A stretch of DNA of 64,000 nt, from positions 7,956,458 to 8,020,457 of the forward strand of contig NC_057757.1 in the NCBI RefSeq assembly GCF_004010195.1, read 5' to 3'. The translations under genes were made by a program, and so were the position numbers. The notes beneath the pieces were generated by a model that saw only the letters and a list, made by a program, of their open reading frames with translations, was not told the DNA's origin and searched no databases. The stretch is from Chiloscyllium plagiosum (taxonomy: Eukaryota). Below are positions 39,001-51,263 of the stretch, in pieces (the first letter of the stretch is position 1; each line of letters opens with the position of its first letter).

Positions 39001-41200
39001 AGGACCTCACACAGGAAGCTGCTCAATATATCTCTCGCAGAAAGCTGATGCCTGTACACACCTCTCACAGGAATCTGCTCAATGTATCTCACACAAAAAG
39101 CTGCTGTCTGTACAGACTTCACACAGGAAGCTGCTTAATGTATCTCCCTCAGTAAGCTGCTGTCTGTGCAGGACCTCACACATGAAGCTGTTCAATTTAC
39201 CTCCCTCAGAAAGCTGCACTGAACCTCTCACAGGAATCTGCTCAATGTATCTCCCTCAGAAAGCTGCTCTCTGTACAGGACCTCACACAGGAAGATGCTC
39301 AATGTTTCTCCCTCAGAAAGCTGCTCTCTGTACAGGACCTCACAGGAAGCTGCTCAATGTACCTCCCTCAGAAAGCTGCTCTCTGTACAGAACCTCACAG
39401 AGGAAGCTGCTCAATGTATCTCCCTTGGAATGCTGCTCTCTGTACAGGACCTCACAGAGGAAGCTGCTCAGTATATCTCTCTCAGAAAGCAGCTATCTGT
39501 ACAGGACCTCACACAGGAACCTGGTCAAAGTCTCTCCCTCAGAAAGCTTCTCTCTGTTCAGGACCTCACACAGGGAGCTGCTCAATGTATCTCCCTCAGA
39601 AAGCTGCTGTCTGTACAGGACCTCTCGCAGGAAGCTGCCCAATATATCTCTCTCAGAAAGCTGCTGTCTGTTCAGGACCTCACACAGGATGTTCCTCAAT
39701 ATATCGCTCTCAGAAAGCTGCTGTCTGTACAGGACTTCACACAGGAAGCTGCTCAATGTATCTCCCTCAGAAAGCTGCTGTCTGTACAGGACCTCACAGG
39801 AAGCTGCTCAATATATCTCTCTGAGAAAGCTGCTGTCTGTTCAGGACCTCACACAGGAAGCTGCGCAATGTATCTCTCTCAGAAAGTTGCAGTCTGTGAA
39901 GGATATTACACAGGAACCTGCTCAATGTATCTCCCTCAGAAAGCTGCTCTCTGTACAGTACCTCACAGGAAGCTGCTCAATATATCTCTCTCAGAAAGCT
40001 GCTGTCTGTTCAGGACCTCACACAGGATGTTGCTCAATATATCGCTCTCAAAAGCTGCTGTCTGTACAGGACTTCACACAGGAATCTGCTCAATATATCT
40101 CCCTCAGAAAGCTGCTCTCTGTACAGAACCTCACAGAGGAAGCTGCTCAATGTATCTCCCTTGGAAAGCTGCTCTCTGTACAGGACCTCACAGAGGAAGC
40201 TGCTCAGTATATCTCTCTCAGAAAGCAGCTGTCTCTACAGGACCTCACACAGGAAGCTGCTCAATGTATCTCCCTCAGAAAGCAGCTGTCTGTACAGTAC
40301 CTCACAGGAAGCTGTTCAATATATCTCTCTCAGAAAGCTGCTGTCTTAACAGGACCTCACACAGGAAGCTGCTATATATATCTCTCTCAGAACGCTGCTG
40401 TCTGTACAGGACCTCACACAGGAAGCTGCTCAATGTATCTCCCTCAGAAAGCTGCTGTCTGTTCAGGATCTCACACAGGAAACTGCTCAATACATCTCTC
40501 TCAGAAAGCTGCTGTCTGTTCAGGATCTCACACAGGAACCTGCTCAATATATCTCTCTCAGAAAGCTGCTGTCTGTTCAAGACCTCACACAGGAAGTTGC
40601 TCAATATATCGCTCTCAGAAATCTGCTGTCTTTACAGGACTTCACACAGGATTCTGCTCAATGTATCTCACTCAGAAAGCTGCTCTTTGTACAGGACTTC
40701 ACACAGGGAGCTGCTCAATGTATCTCCCTCAGAAAGCTGCTGTCTGTACAGTACCTCACAGGAAGCTGCTCAATATATCTCTCTCAGAAAGCTGCTGTCT
40801 GCACAGGGCCTCACACAGGAAGCTGCTCAATATATCTCCCTCAGAAAGCTGCTGTCTATACAGGACCTCACAGGATGCTGCTCAATATATCTCTCTCAGT
40901 ACCTGCTCTCTGTCCAGGACCTCTTCCAGGAAGCTGCTCAATGTTTCTCCCTCATAAGGCTGCTGTCTGTGCTGGATCTCATACAGGAAGCTGCTCAGTG
41001 TATCTTCCTCAGAAAACTGCGTCTGTACAGGACCTCACAGAGGAAGCTGCTCAATGTATCTCCCTCAGAAAGCTGCTCTTTGTTTTGGACTTCACACAGG
41101 AAGCTGCTCAATGTATCTTCCTTAGAAAGCTGCTGTCTGAATAGGACCTCACACAGGAAGCTGCTCAATGTATCTCCCTTAGAAACCTGCTGTCTGTAGA
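36046..41200. repeat. 57-bp minisatellite, ~90 copies, starts at an assembly gap
   Basis: Unit caggacctcacacaggaagctgctcaatgtatctccctcagaaagctgctgtctgta; frequent 55-bp and shorter variants. Confidence 0.97.
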
Positions 41201-41384
41201 GGATGTCTCACAGGGAGGTCCTCTGTCAGCAGGTGAGACCGGCATGTGTCCAGTAGAGCATGACGACAGGCCGGCATTGACGTCATGTGTATAGAAGATT
41301 TAAAACGTGGAATACTGATCCAGATTTGGTGCTTACACCCTCTCATCCTTGACAGCCTGGCCTGTAGGAAGCGCACAGGGAGCT

Positions 41385-41682
41385 GGACTTCACAGCGCCA
41401 GGGATCTGGTATCGATTCCACCCTCGGGTGACTGTCTGTGTGGAGTTTGCACATTCTCCCTGTCACTGCGTGGGTTTCCTCCGGGTGCTCCGGTTTCCTC
41501 CCACAGTCCAAAGATGGACGGGTCAGGTGAATTGGCCATGCTAAATTGCCCGTAGTGTTAGGTGCATCAGTCAGGGGAAACTGTAGGGTAGGGGAATAGG
41601 TCTGGGTGTGATACTCTTCGGTGGGTCGGTGTGGACCTGTTGAGCCTAATGGCCTATTTCCACCCTGTAGGGAATCTAATCT
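41385..41682 (+). mobile_element. HE1-type SINE
   Basis: tcacagcgccaggg...gtgtggagtttgcacattctccc...aatctaatct. Confidence 0.85.
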
Positions 41683-42344
41683 CAACATCTCTGGTGAGTT
41701 GTCAAAGATATTTGCAAGAGTAAGGGCAGAAGGGGTGTTCTGACCATTGAGTAAGTATTCCGAACAAGACAAGGCAGGAACATGGCTGTGAGGAATATCT
41801 GACGAGCCATGATCCTAATGGCGGAGAAGGCTCGAGGGGCTGAATGGCCACCGGCTGTTCCTTTCTCTCATTTCTCATTCCTCACTTAGAAAGCTGTGTC
41901 TTAACAACCATATTTGTGTCGACAATTTAGATTGATATCACAAGCTTGACAAACATGCCATGAAATGGAACATCACCTCCTTGAAAATTTGGAGGTAGAG
42001 TTATTCTGTTGTGCACAATCCACAACGCAATTTTGCCCACGTGAGCAAACATATTGGGATGTGCAATATTGCTGGTGCACATGCTTCCTGCAAGTGTTCC
42101 GTTGAACCAGGAGCCCCCCACGTCAGAATGCCTTGTCATCACTTCTCTCCTATCTATTGCAAATCTCTTTCAGGTCACACCACGAATGTCCTCTCCCACA
42201 AACAATACAGAAAGCATTTCTCAAAAATGATCACTCTTTTCATCTCGTTGACTGGGACAACCCTGATCTAACTCCTTCGACTTTATTCCCCGGTTTCTCT
42301 ATCAGACTGAAACCTCCCAGACTTAGCCAAATAGGCCAAGCCCT

Positions 42345-42378
42345 TTCCTGATGAAGGGCTTTTGCCCGAAACATCGAT
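42345..42378 (+). ncRNA. Minimal type I hammerhead ribozyme motif (decayed cleavage site)
   Basis: UUC-CUGAUGA-A-GGGC(UUUU)GCCC-GAAACAUC-GAU. Confidence 0.55.
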
Positions 42379-42685
42379 TTTCCTGCTCCTCGGATGCTGC
42401 CTGACCTGCTGTGCTTTTCCAGCACCACTCTGATTCAACCCCACTTAGACAACATGCAAATTTTATTTTGATCTTCCGAATGTGTGACTGTACCAATCGG
42501 ACAGATTACCTCAGCTCTGGTCAAATAACTGACAGGTCCATGTCTCTGAGATCACCCTAGCTTTTACACTGGCCTGCTAACTTTCTAACTTTCTTTGGGA
42601 TGATGGACCTTCTGTTTTCACAGTTAAACAACTTGCCATCCAAGTGCGCTGGAAAAATGGAGAAGAAATTCACTGGAATAATTAC

Positions 42686-42709
42686 CGTAAATCCCGTAAC
42701 TGCCTTTTC
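42686..42709 (-). CDS. Micro-exon type B, 24 nt (GKGSYGIY)
   Basis: tttgccgcacag|GAAAAGGCAGTTACGGGATTTACG|gtaattat. Confidence 0.72.
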
Positions 42710-43248
42710 CTGTGCGGCAAACAGATTGGTGTTAATCCTGACCAGTAAGGATGCTTTGGAAAGCAGCATTTTAAACGCCTAACGTGGGTTAATTTTAACA
42801 TGTAAGCCTTCGTTTCCTAATTAGTATTAAAGGTGTACAAATATCCCCTTGTACCAACTGCCCTTCAGCTGTCAGATACCTTTCACAAGTGATCAACCAT
42901 CTCCCTAAAGGAGACTTAACTCAGACCTGCTCCCTCATCTACTCCACATTAACACGGGGACCTCGAAATATTAATACTTTTCTATCAGACCCAACATTTC
43001 ATATTCTGCCAACACGTTTTAATACCTTGCCATCCTTACTCGTTTCAATGGGAAAGATTAATTCAGTTCAGGGCCAAATTAATAAATGATAAATATTTAT
43101 GTCACAATCCTGGCCATTAAAAAATCAGCATCGATTTCTAAAGCCTATGACCGCGTACATATTTCACAAAAACACTTGTACGACTTGGCCCGTGTGTTAT
43201 CTATGTCAGCAGCAAATGATGACGAGGTAATTGAGATGATATATTTAC

Positions 43249-43275
43249 CGTGGTGGTAACCATAATCATAAGGTC
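43249..43275 (-). CDS. Micro-exon type A, 27 nt (GPYDYGYHH)
   Basis: ttgttccacag|GACCTTATGATTATGGTTACCACCACG|gtaaatat. Confidence 0.75.
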
Positions 43276-43782
43276 CTGTGGAACAAAGGCATTTGTGTCA
43301 GTGTGTCTGGAGGCAATGGTTCCACATGTACAACATACAATGTTCCGAACTTGGAGCACTGTCAATGATCTGAAAAGCTCATAGAGCGTCACATACAGGC
43401 TCTGAGCTGATACCTTCAGGTTGGAGGATGAGAGTTTCTCTCATGTTCTGGGGTAGATATATAAATCTATCCTGATCTAACTCTCCATTTTATTCTTGAT
43501 TCTCTATTAAACTGAAAACTCTCAGATGTGGTAGATTCTGCTCGAGCCCACATGAGCAATGTTCAAAATCTTTTAATCTTCCCAATGTGTGACTGTTCCA
43601 ATCGGACAGGTTACCTCAGCTCTGGTCAGATAACTGACAGGTCCATGTCTCTGAGATCATCCTAGCTTTTACACTGGCCTGCTAACTTGGGATGATGGAC
43701 CTTCTGTTTTCACAGTTAAACAACTTGCCATCCAAGTGCGCTGGAAAAATGGAGAAGAAATTCACTGGAATCATATATTTAC

Positions 43783-43806
43783 CGTAAAGCCCGTAACCAC
43801 CTTTTC
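43783..43806 (-). CDS. Micro-exon type B, 24 nt (GKGGYGLY)
   Basis: tttgccccacag|GAAAAGGTGGTTACGGGCTTTACG|gtaaatat. Confidence 0.75.
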
Positions 43807-44058
43807 CTGTGGGGCAAACAGATTGGTGTTAACCCTGACCGGTAAGGATACTTTGGAGAGCAGCATTTTAAATGCCTAACGTGGGTTAACTTTAACGTGT
43901 AAGCCTTCATTTCCTAATTAATATTAAAGGTGTGCAAATGTCCCCTTGCACCAACAGTACTTCAACTGTCAGCTACCTTTCACAAGTGATCAACCATCTC
44001 CCTAAAGGAGACTTAACTCATACTGCTCCCTCATTTACTCCACAAAATATTAATACTT

Positions 44059-44627
44059 AGTGAGTTTTGAGAAGATTTGGGGCTCAGGTTGAGGTTCTGG
44101 ATGTAGATTTGCTTGCTGAGCTAGGAGGTCAATTTTCAGACATTTTGTCATCCTAATAGGGAATATCTTCAGTGAGCATCCAGAGGAAGCACTGGTGATG
44201 TAGCCCACTTTCTATTTATACGTTTGGTTTTCCTTGGGTTTGTGATGTCATTTCTGGTGGTGATGTCACTTTCTATGATTGTGTCATTTCCTGTTCTTTT
44301 TCTCAGGGTGTGGTAATTGGGATCCAAGTCAACGTGTTTGGTGATAGAGTTCCAGTTGGAATGCCATGCTTCTAGGAATTCTCGTGCGTGTCTCTGTTTG
44401 GCTTGTCCTAGAATGGCTGTGTTGTCCCAGTCAAATTGGTGTCCTTCCTCATCCGTATGTGAGGACACTAGTGAGAGAGGATCATGCCTTTTTGTGGCTA
44501 GTTGATGTTCATGTATACTAGTGGCTAGTTTTCTGCCTGTTTGTCCAATGTAGTGTTTGTTACAGTTTTAGTATTGTGACGAAACGTCTGAAATTGAACC
44601 TTCCAGCTCAGCGAGCAAACCTACATC
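44059..44627 (-). mobile_element. Penelope-like element fragment (GIY-YIG endonuclease C-terminus), 12-bp TSD, inverted terminal segment
   Basis: HTDEEGHQFDWDNTAILGQAKQRHAREFLEAWHS. ATATTAATACTT at 44047-44058 and 44628-44639 (single in other array units). 44577-44627 is an inverted copy of ~44100-44150. Confidence 0.85.
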
Positions 44628-45613
44628 ATATTAATACTTTTCTATTGGACTCAACCTTTCAGACACAGTAAATTCTGCCAACAAGTTTGAATGTCTTGCT
44701 ATCCTTACTCCTTTAATGGGAAAGATTATTTCAGTTCTGGTCCAAATTAATAAATTATAAATGGCCATTGAAAAACAGCGTCAATTTCGAAAGCCTATGA
44801 TGATTGTTATAAAGTCGATAACATGTATGATCACTTTAAGGTGGAACGTGCTTTTCTGAATGTAAAATAGAGCCACAGCTACCAGCTAAAGGTCACGCTG
44901 TTCCAAATGTAACAATTGGCTGTGAAATGGATCCCTGAGTTTTGGTTGCTGTTTTGACAACAATTTGGATTTATTCAATTAGTTCAAATTACGCCCACGA
45001 TACCAGAAGCCAATGGAATTTGAATTTTCATATTTTGACAGTTGGAATGCAATCAAGTTACAAGAATTTAATGTGTCGTAGTGGGTATATGAACCTGGTA
45101 TTTTGAAAGTTAGAGGGAGAGCAACTGCCATTGAAAAACAGTGCAACTGCTGTAGAACTAACTGCCCGTCTAACATCTTGCTTTCAAAGAAATTAGACAA
45201 CACTCTCTATCAAAGGTACCTTTACATGTGAAGCATGCGCAAGTAAACCGAAAGATGGCGACCAAGGGAGATAAGCAGCTGGAGGATTGAAGACAGTGGA
45301 GAAGACAGAGACTGTGTGGGCTCAAGATTTAGTTAATGTAATGTCTAATAAGTGGCTTATTGGAACATCATACTATTTTTTATAGAGTTGGGATCAGATA
45401 GTAAGTAATTAAGAAAAATGAAGTAAGTAGTTCATTCTGGAAAGTGTTGAAATAGATAAGACCCCTGGGTCAGATGGGATTTATCCTAGGATTCTCTGGG
45501 AAGCCAGGGAAGAGATTGCAGAGCTTTTGGCTTTGATCTTTATGTTGTCATTGTTGACAGGAGTAGTGCCAGAAGACTGGAGGATAGCAAATGTTCCCTT
45601 GTTCAAGAAGGGG

Positions 45614-46093
45614 TGATTTGGAGATATTGGTGTTGGACTGGGGTGGACAAAGTTAAAAATCACACAACACCAAGTTATAGTCCAACAGGTTTATTCTGAA
45701 GCTCTAGCTTTCAGAGCACTGCTCCTTCATCAGGTGGTTGTGGAAGACACAGAATTTATAGTAAAACTTTACAGTGTGATGTAACTCAAATTATATATTG
45801 AAGAAGACCTGGATTGTTTGTTAAGCCTCTCATCTTTTCGAATGAACATGTTGGTTTCAGTTCTTTTATATGTAAATCGCAAAACTTTTTTTAAAAGTTA
45901 CATTCTCAAGTGAACAATTGGTGTCATAGCGACCCAGATAATACATTGAAGGTGTGAGGTGTCCTGTGTGAGACTGTCTGTGCCACAATGGTCAGACTGA
46001 TTCTAATTGAAAAAACAGATTTACAGAATCTAACATGGATTTATGCAGTTTTTGAGCAAAATAAAATGTAGTCCTGCAAGTGCCATTTTTAAC
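45614..46093. mobile_element. Short non-autonomous element with hammerhead motif and 12-bp TSD
   Basis: TTCAAGAAGGGG at 45602-45613 and 46094-46105; related pieces at ~7430, ~8265-8420, ~15555. Confidence 0.8.
45702..45736 (-). ncRNA. Minimal type I hammerhead ribozyme motif, second family
   Basis: Minus strand: CAC-CUGAUGA-A-GGAGC(AGU)GCUCU-GAAAGCUA-GAG. Confidence 0.6.
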
Positions 46094-46894
46094 TTCAAGA
46101 AGGGGAGTAGAGACAACCCCTGGTAATTATAGACCAGTGAGCCTTACTTTGGTTGGGGGTAAAGTGTTGGAAAAGGTTATAAGAGATAGGATTTATAATC
46201 ATTGAACAAGTGATACGTTGATTAGGGGTAGTCAACACGGTTTTGTGAAGGGCAGGCCATGCCTCACAACGTTATTGAGTTCTTTGAGAAGGTGACCAAA
46301 TAGGTAGATGAGGGTAAAGCCATTGGTGTGGTGTATATGGATTTCAGTAAGGCAATTGATAAGGTTCCCCACGGAAGGCTATTGTACAAAATACAGGGGC
46401 ATGGGGTTGAGGGTGATTTAGTGGTTTGGATCAGAAATTGGTGAGCTGAAAGAAGACAGAGGGTGATGGTTGATGGGAAATGTTTATCCTGGTGTTCAGT
46501 TACTAGTGGTGTACCGTAAGGATCTGTTTTGGGCGCACTGCTGTTTGTCATTTTTATAAATGACCTGGGTGAGGGCGTAGAAGGATGGGTTAGTAAATTT
46601 GCGGATGACACTAAGGTCGCTGGATTGTTGGTTGTGATGGATGATGTTGTAGGTTACAGGCAGACGTAGATAAGCTGCAGAGCGGGGCTGAGAGGTGGCA
46701 AATGGAGTTTAATGTGGAAAAGTGTGAAGTGATTCACTTTGGAAGGAGCAACAGGAATGCAGAGTACTGGGCTAATGGTACGTTCTTGGTAGTGTAGATG
46801 AACAGAGAGATCTCAGTGTCTGTGTACATAGATCCTTGAAAGTTGCCACCCAGGTTGATAGGGTTGTTAAGAAGGTGTACGGTGTGTTAGCTTT

Positions 46895-49760
46895 TAGAAC
46901 ATAGAACAATACAGCGCAGAACAGGCCCTTTGGCCCTCAATGTTTTGCTGACCTGTGAACTAATCTAATCTCAACCCCCTACACTATCCCATCATCATCC
47001 ATGTGCTTATCTAAGGATTGTTTAAATCTCCCTAATGTGGTTGAGTTGACTACATTGGCAGGCAGGGCATTCCATGCCCTTACCACTCTCTGAGTAAAGA
47101 ACCTGCCTCTGACATCTGTCTTAAATCTATCACCCCTCAATTTGTTGTTATGCCCTCTCGTACAAGCTGACATCATCATCCTAGGAAAAAGACTCTCACT
47201 GTCCACCCTATCTAATCCTCTCATCATCTTGTATATCTCTATTAAATCCCCTCTTCACCGTCTTCTCTCCAATGACAACAGACCCAAGTCTCTCAGCATT
47301 TCCTCATAAGACCTTCCCTCCAGACCAGGTAACATCCTGGTAAATCTCCTCTGCATCTTTTCCAATGCTTCCACATCCATCTTGTAATGAGGTGAACAGA
47401 ACTGTACACAATATTCCAAGTATGGCCGCACCAGTGTTTTGTATAGTTGCAGCATGATATTGCGGTTCCGGAACTCAATCCCTCTACCAATGAAACCTAA
47501 CACACCGTATGCCTTCTTAACAGCACTATCCACCTGGGTGGCAACTTTCAGGGGGGATCTATGTACATGGACACCAAGATCCCTCTGCACATCCACACTA
47601 CCAAGAATCTTTCCATTGACCCAGTACTCTGCCTTCCTGTTATTCTTCCCAAAGTGAATCACCTCACATTTAGCTGCATTGAACTCCATTTGCCACCCCT
47701 CAGCCCAATTCTGTAGTTTATCCAAGTCCCCCTGCAGTCTGTAACATTCTTCCACACTGTCCACTACTCCACCGACTTTAGTATCATCTGCAAACTTACT
47801 AACCCATCCAACTATGCCTGCGTCTAAGTTATTTATAAAAATGACAAACAGCAGTGGTCCCAAAACAGATCCTTATGGCACACCACTAGTAACCGACTCT
47901 AGGCTGAATATTTTCCATCAACCACCACGGGCTGCCTTCTTTCAGAAAACCAGTTTCTAATCCAAACTGCTATACCAGCTTCAATCCCATGCCTCTGTAT
48001 TTTCTCCATCAGCCTACCATGTGGAACCATATCAAAGGCTTTACTGAAGTCCATGTACACCACACCAACTGCCCTACCCTCATCTACATGCTTGGTCACC
48101 TTCTCAAAAAACTCAATGAGGTTTATGAGGCATGACCTGCCCTTGACAAATCCATGTTGTCATTATTTCTTGCGGGATGATTATAAATCCCATCTCCAAT
48201 AAGCCTTTCTAAAACTTTTCCGACAACATAAGTAAGGCTCACTGGTCTATAATTACCTGGGTCATCTCTACTGCCCTTCCTGAACAAGGGCATAAACCTG
48301 TAGACAATGACGACTCAAAGATCAAAGCCAAAGGCTCTGCCATCTCCTCCCTAGTTTCCCAGAGAATTCTCAGAAAAATCCCATCTGGCCCAGGGGACTT
48401 ATCTACTTTCACACCTTCTAGAATTGATAACACCTCCTCCTTAGTAACCTCGATCCTTTCTAGTCTAATAACCCATATCTCAGTCTTCTCCTCTACAATA
48501 TTCTCCTTTTCCTGAGTGAAAACAGATGAGAAATATTCATTTCATACCTTTCTGATCTCCACAGGGTGCACACACAACTTCCCATTTCTGTCTTTGACCG
48601 GCCCGATTTCTACCCTAGTCATCCTGTTATTCCTCACATATTTATAGAATGCTTTAGGGTTCTCCTTTACTCTACCTGCTAAAGACTGCTCATGTACTCT
48701 CTTTGCTCTTCTTAACTCTCTCTTTAATCCTTCCTAGCTACTCTGTAACTCTCTGTCACCTCATCTGAACCATCTCGCCTCAACGTCACATAAGCCTCCC
48801 TCTTCCACTTAACAAGAGATAACAATTTCTTTAGTAAACCATGGTTCCCTTACCTTATCACTTCCTCCCTGTCTGACAGGGACATACCTATCAAAGACAC
48901 GTAATATCTGTTCCTTAAACCAGCTCCACATTTCAATTGTTCCCATCCCCTGCATTTTTCTGCCCCATTCTATGCCTCCTAAGTCTTGCCTAATCACTTT
49001 ATAATATATAACTCTTGCCTGATGGCATGTACCTATCCTTTCCATCGCTAAACTAAACGTAACCGAATTACCAAGCACCAGATCCAGTTTGGCCTCCCCT
49101 CTTGTCGACCCTTCGACATACTGTGTCAGGAAACCTCTCCTGCACACATTGGACAAAAACAGACCCATCCAACGTACTAGAGTTATGCATTTCCAGTCAA
49201 TGTTGGGGAAGTTAAAGTCCCCCATAATGACCACCCTGTTTCTTTCACTCCTGCCCAGAATCGTTTTGCCAATCCTCTCCTCCACATCCCTGGAACTTGG
49301 TGGAGGCCGATAAAAGAACTCCCAGCAGTGTGACCTCTCCTCTCCTAACCTCATCCCATACCACCTCAGTAGACGAGCCCTCAAGAAACGTTCTTTCAGC
49401 CACCGTTATACTGTCCTTGACTAACAAAGCCACACCTCCCTTTCTTTTACGACCTTCCCTGATGAAAGATCTAAACCCTGGAACCTGCAACATCCATTCC
49501 TGTCCCTGCTCTACCCATGTCTAAGAAATGGCCACAACATCGAAGTCCCAGTTACCTATCCATGCTGCAAGCTCACCTATCTTATTCCAGATACTCCTGG
49601 CATTGAAGTAGACACACTTCAAGCCAGCTTGCTGTCTGCCAGCACATCCCTGTGACTGTGAGATCCTGTCCATGCCCTCCCTACTCTCATCCTCCTGCGC
49701 ACTGCAACCACACCTCAGGTTCCCATTCCCCTGCTGAGCCAGTTTAAACCCACCCGCATT
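46895..49760 (-). mobile_element. Inner CR1 LINE, ~2.9 kb (APE endonuclease + RT, decayed)
   Basis: [42 protein letters not shown] motifs. Confidence 0.93.
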
Positions 49761-50679
49761 ATTATTTTACACAAATAAATACTTTATTGGTAGAGGGATT
49801 GAGTTTCGGAGTCATGAGGTCATGCTGCAGCTGTACAAAACTCTGGTGCGGCACTTGGAGAATTGCGTACAGTTCTGGCCACTGGATTATAGGAAGGAAG
49901 TCGAAACATTGGAAAGGGTGTAGAGGAGATTGACCAGGATGTTGCCTGGTATGGAAGGAAGGTCTTATGAGGAAAGGCTGGGGGTTTGAGGCTGTTTTTG
50001 TTGGAGAGAAGGTTAAGAGGTGACTTAATAGAGACATACAAGATAATCAGAGGGTTAGATAGGGTGGACAGTGAGAGCCTTTGTCCTCAGATAGTGATGG
50101 CTAGCACAAGGGGATATAGCTTTAAGCTGAGGGATGGTAGATATAGGACAGCTGGCAGAGGTAGGTTCTTTACTCAGAGAGTAGTATGGGCGTGGAATAC
50201 CCCGCCTGCAACAGGAGTAGACTCCCCAACTTTAAGGACATTTAAATGGTCACTGGATAAATATATGGATGAGAATGGAATAGTGTCGGTTGGATGGGCT
50301 TCGGATTGGTTCCACAGGTTGGCGCAACATCGAGGGTCTGTACTGCGCTGGAATGTTCTATGTTCTATATTCTAAGGGGGGTCTTGGATTTGTGAATAGT
50401 TACTGTTTAGTGTTTATTATGAGAGTTAAGAAAATTAATTGTTATTTTAGTTTAAATAGTGGAATTTGGGAATTGTCTGTCACTCATTAGCTTCACATTA
50501 ACCTTTAACAAATTGTGAGACGAGATGAGCTTTTCTGACTTAATTAACAGAGGGGTTTGACCTGTGCATCCTTACACCAGGTACACATTTCACAAAAGCA
50601 ATTCTACAGCTTGGCCTGTGTGTTATCAGTGTCTTGTTCAGAGCAAACCGATAAAAGATAATTGAAATGAAATATTTAC

Positions 50680-50703
50680 CGTGGTAACCATAATCATAAG
50701 GTC
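50680..50703 (-). CDS. Micro-exon type A, 24-nt variant with 3-nt deletion (GPYDYGYH)
   Basis: ttgttccacag|GACCTTATGATTATGGTTACCACG|gtaaatat; frame-preserving indel. Confidence 0.75.
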
Positions 50704-51239
50704 CTGTGGAACAAGTAGATTTGTGTTAGCGTGGCTGGAGCTAATAGTTCCATATGTACAATATACAATGTTCCTAACTTGCAGCATTGTCAATGATCAG
50801 AAAAGCTCAGTGGGCTTCACTTAATGGCACTGTGCTGATCAGCAGGAGCTGTTACCTTCAGGTTGGAGGGTGAGCTTGTCTCTCATGTTCTGGGGTCAAT
50901 ATTGAATGATCTGCCCTGATCTAACTCTCTCTATTTTGTTCCAGCTTCTCTACTAAACCGAAAACCCTCAGGCTTGGTGAATTCTGCACAAGCCCACACA
51001 TAAAACGTCTGTGCCCTTTCAATCTTCCAATGTGTGACTGTTCCAATCGGACAGGTTACCTCAGCTCTGGTCAAATAACTGACGGGTCCATGTCTCTGAG
51101 ATCACTCTAGCTTTTACACTGGCCAGCTAACTTTCCAATGACTTTGGGATGATGGACCTTCTGTTTTCACAGTTAAACAACTTGCCATCCAAGTGCGCTG
51201 GAAAAATGGAGAAGAAATTCACTGGAATCATATATTTAC

Positions 51240-51263
51240 CGTAAATCCTGTAACTGCCTTTTC
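51240..51263 (-). CDS. Micro-exon type B, 24 nt (GKGSYRIY)
   Basis: tttgccccacag|GAAAAGGCAGTTACAGGATTTACG|gtaaatat. Confidence 0.75.

Larger units (their letters stand above)
45436..50373 (+). mobile_element. Outer CR1 LINE (RT to 3' tail), interrupted twice
   Basis: Reads continuously as ...ggtgtgttagcttt|attggtagaggg... across the inner LINE; tail tgttctatgttctatattcta. Confidence 0.88.
44805..50576. mobile_element. Probable solo LTR (TGTTAT...CTTACA) split by nested LINEs
   Basis: Array sequence aagcctatga|cca(c/g)gtacacatttc is interrupted here. Non-array segments ~44805-45435 and ~50375-50576 have TG...CA ends. No TSD recognised. Confidence 0.5.

Noticed and set aside
35423..41199. Long ORFs of 284-794 aa (QDLTQEAAQCISLRKLLSV-type repeats)
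   Set aside because: All three plus frames of the 57-bp unit are stop-free by construction and 2-bp indels switch frames repeatedly; read-through of a minisatellite.
34473..41200. CRISPR-like appearance of the 36-bp and 57-bp repeats
   Set aside because: Units are contiguous with no unique spacers; eukaryotic context; no cas genes.
41927..42142. 71-aa minus-strand ORF next to the array
   Set aside because: No convincing acceptor or recognisable homology; cannot be tied to the micro-exon gene.
43413..43450. Recurrent cctgaag|gta donor-like site in array introns
   Set aside because: The implied 34-nt exon is not a multiple of 3, has a phase-1 stop, and the site is not conserved in all units.
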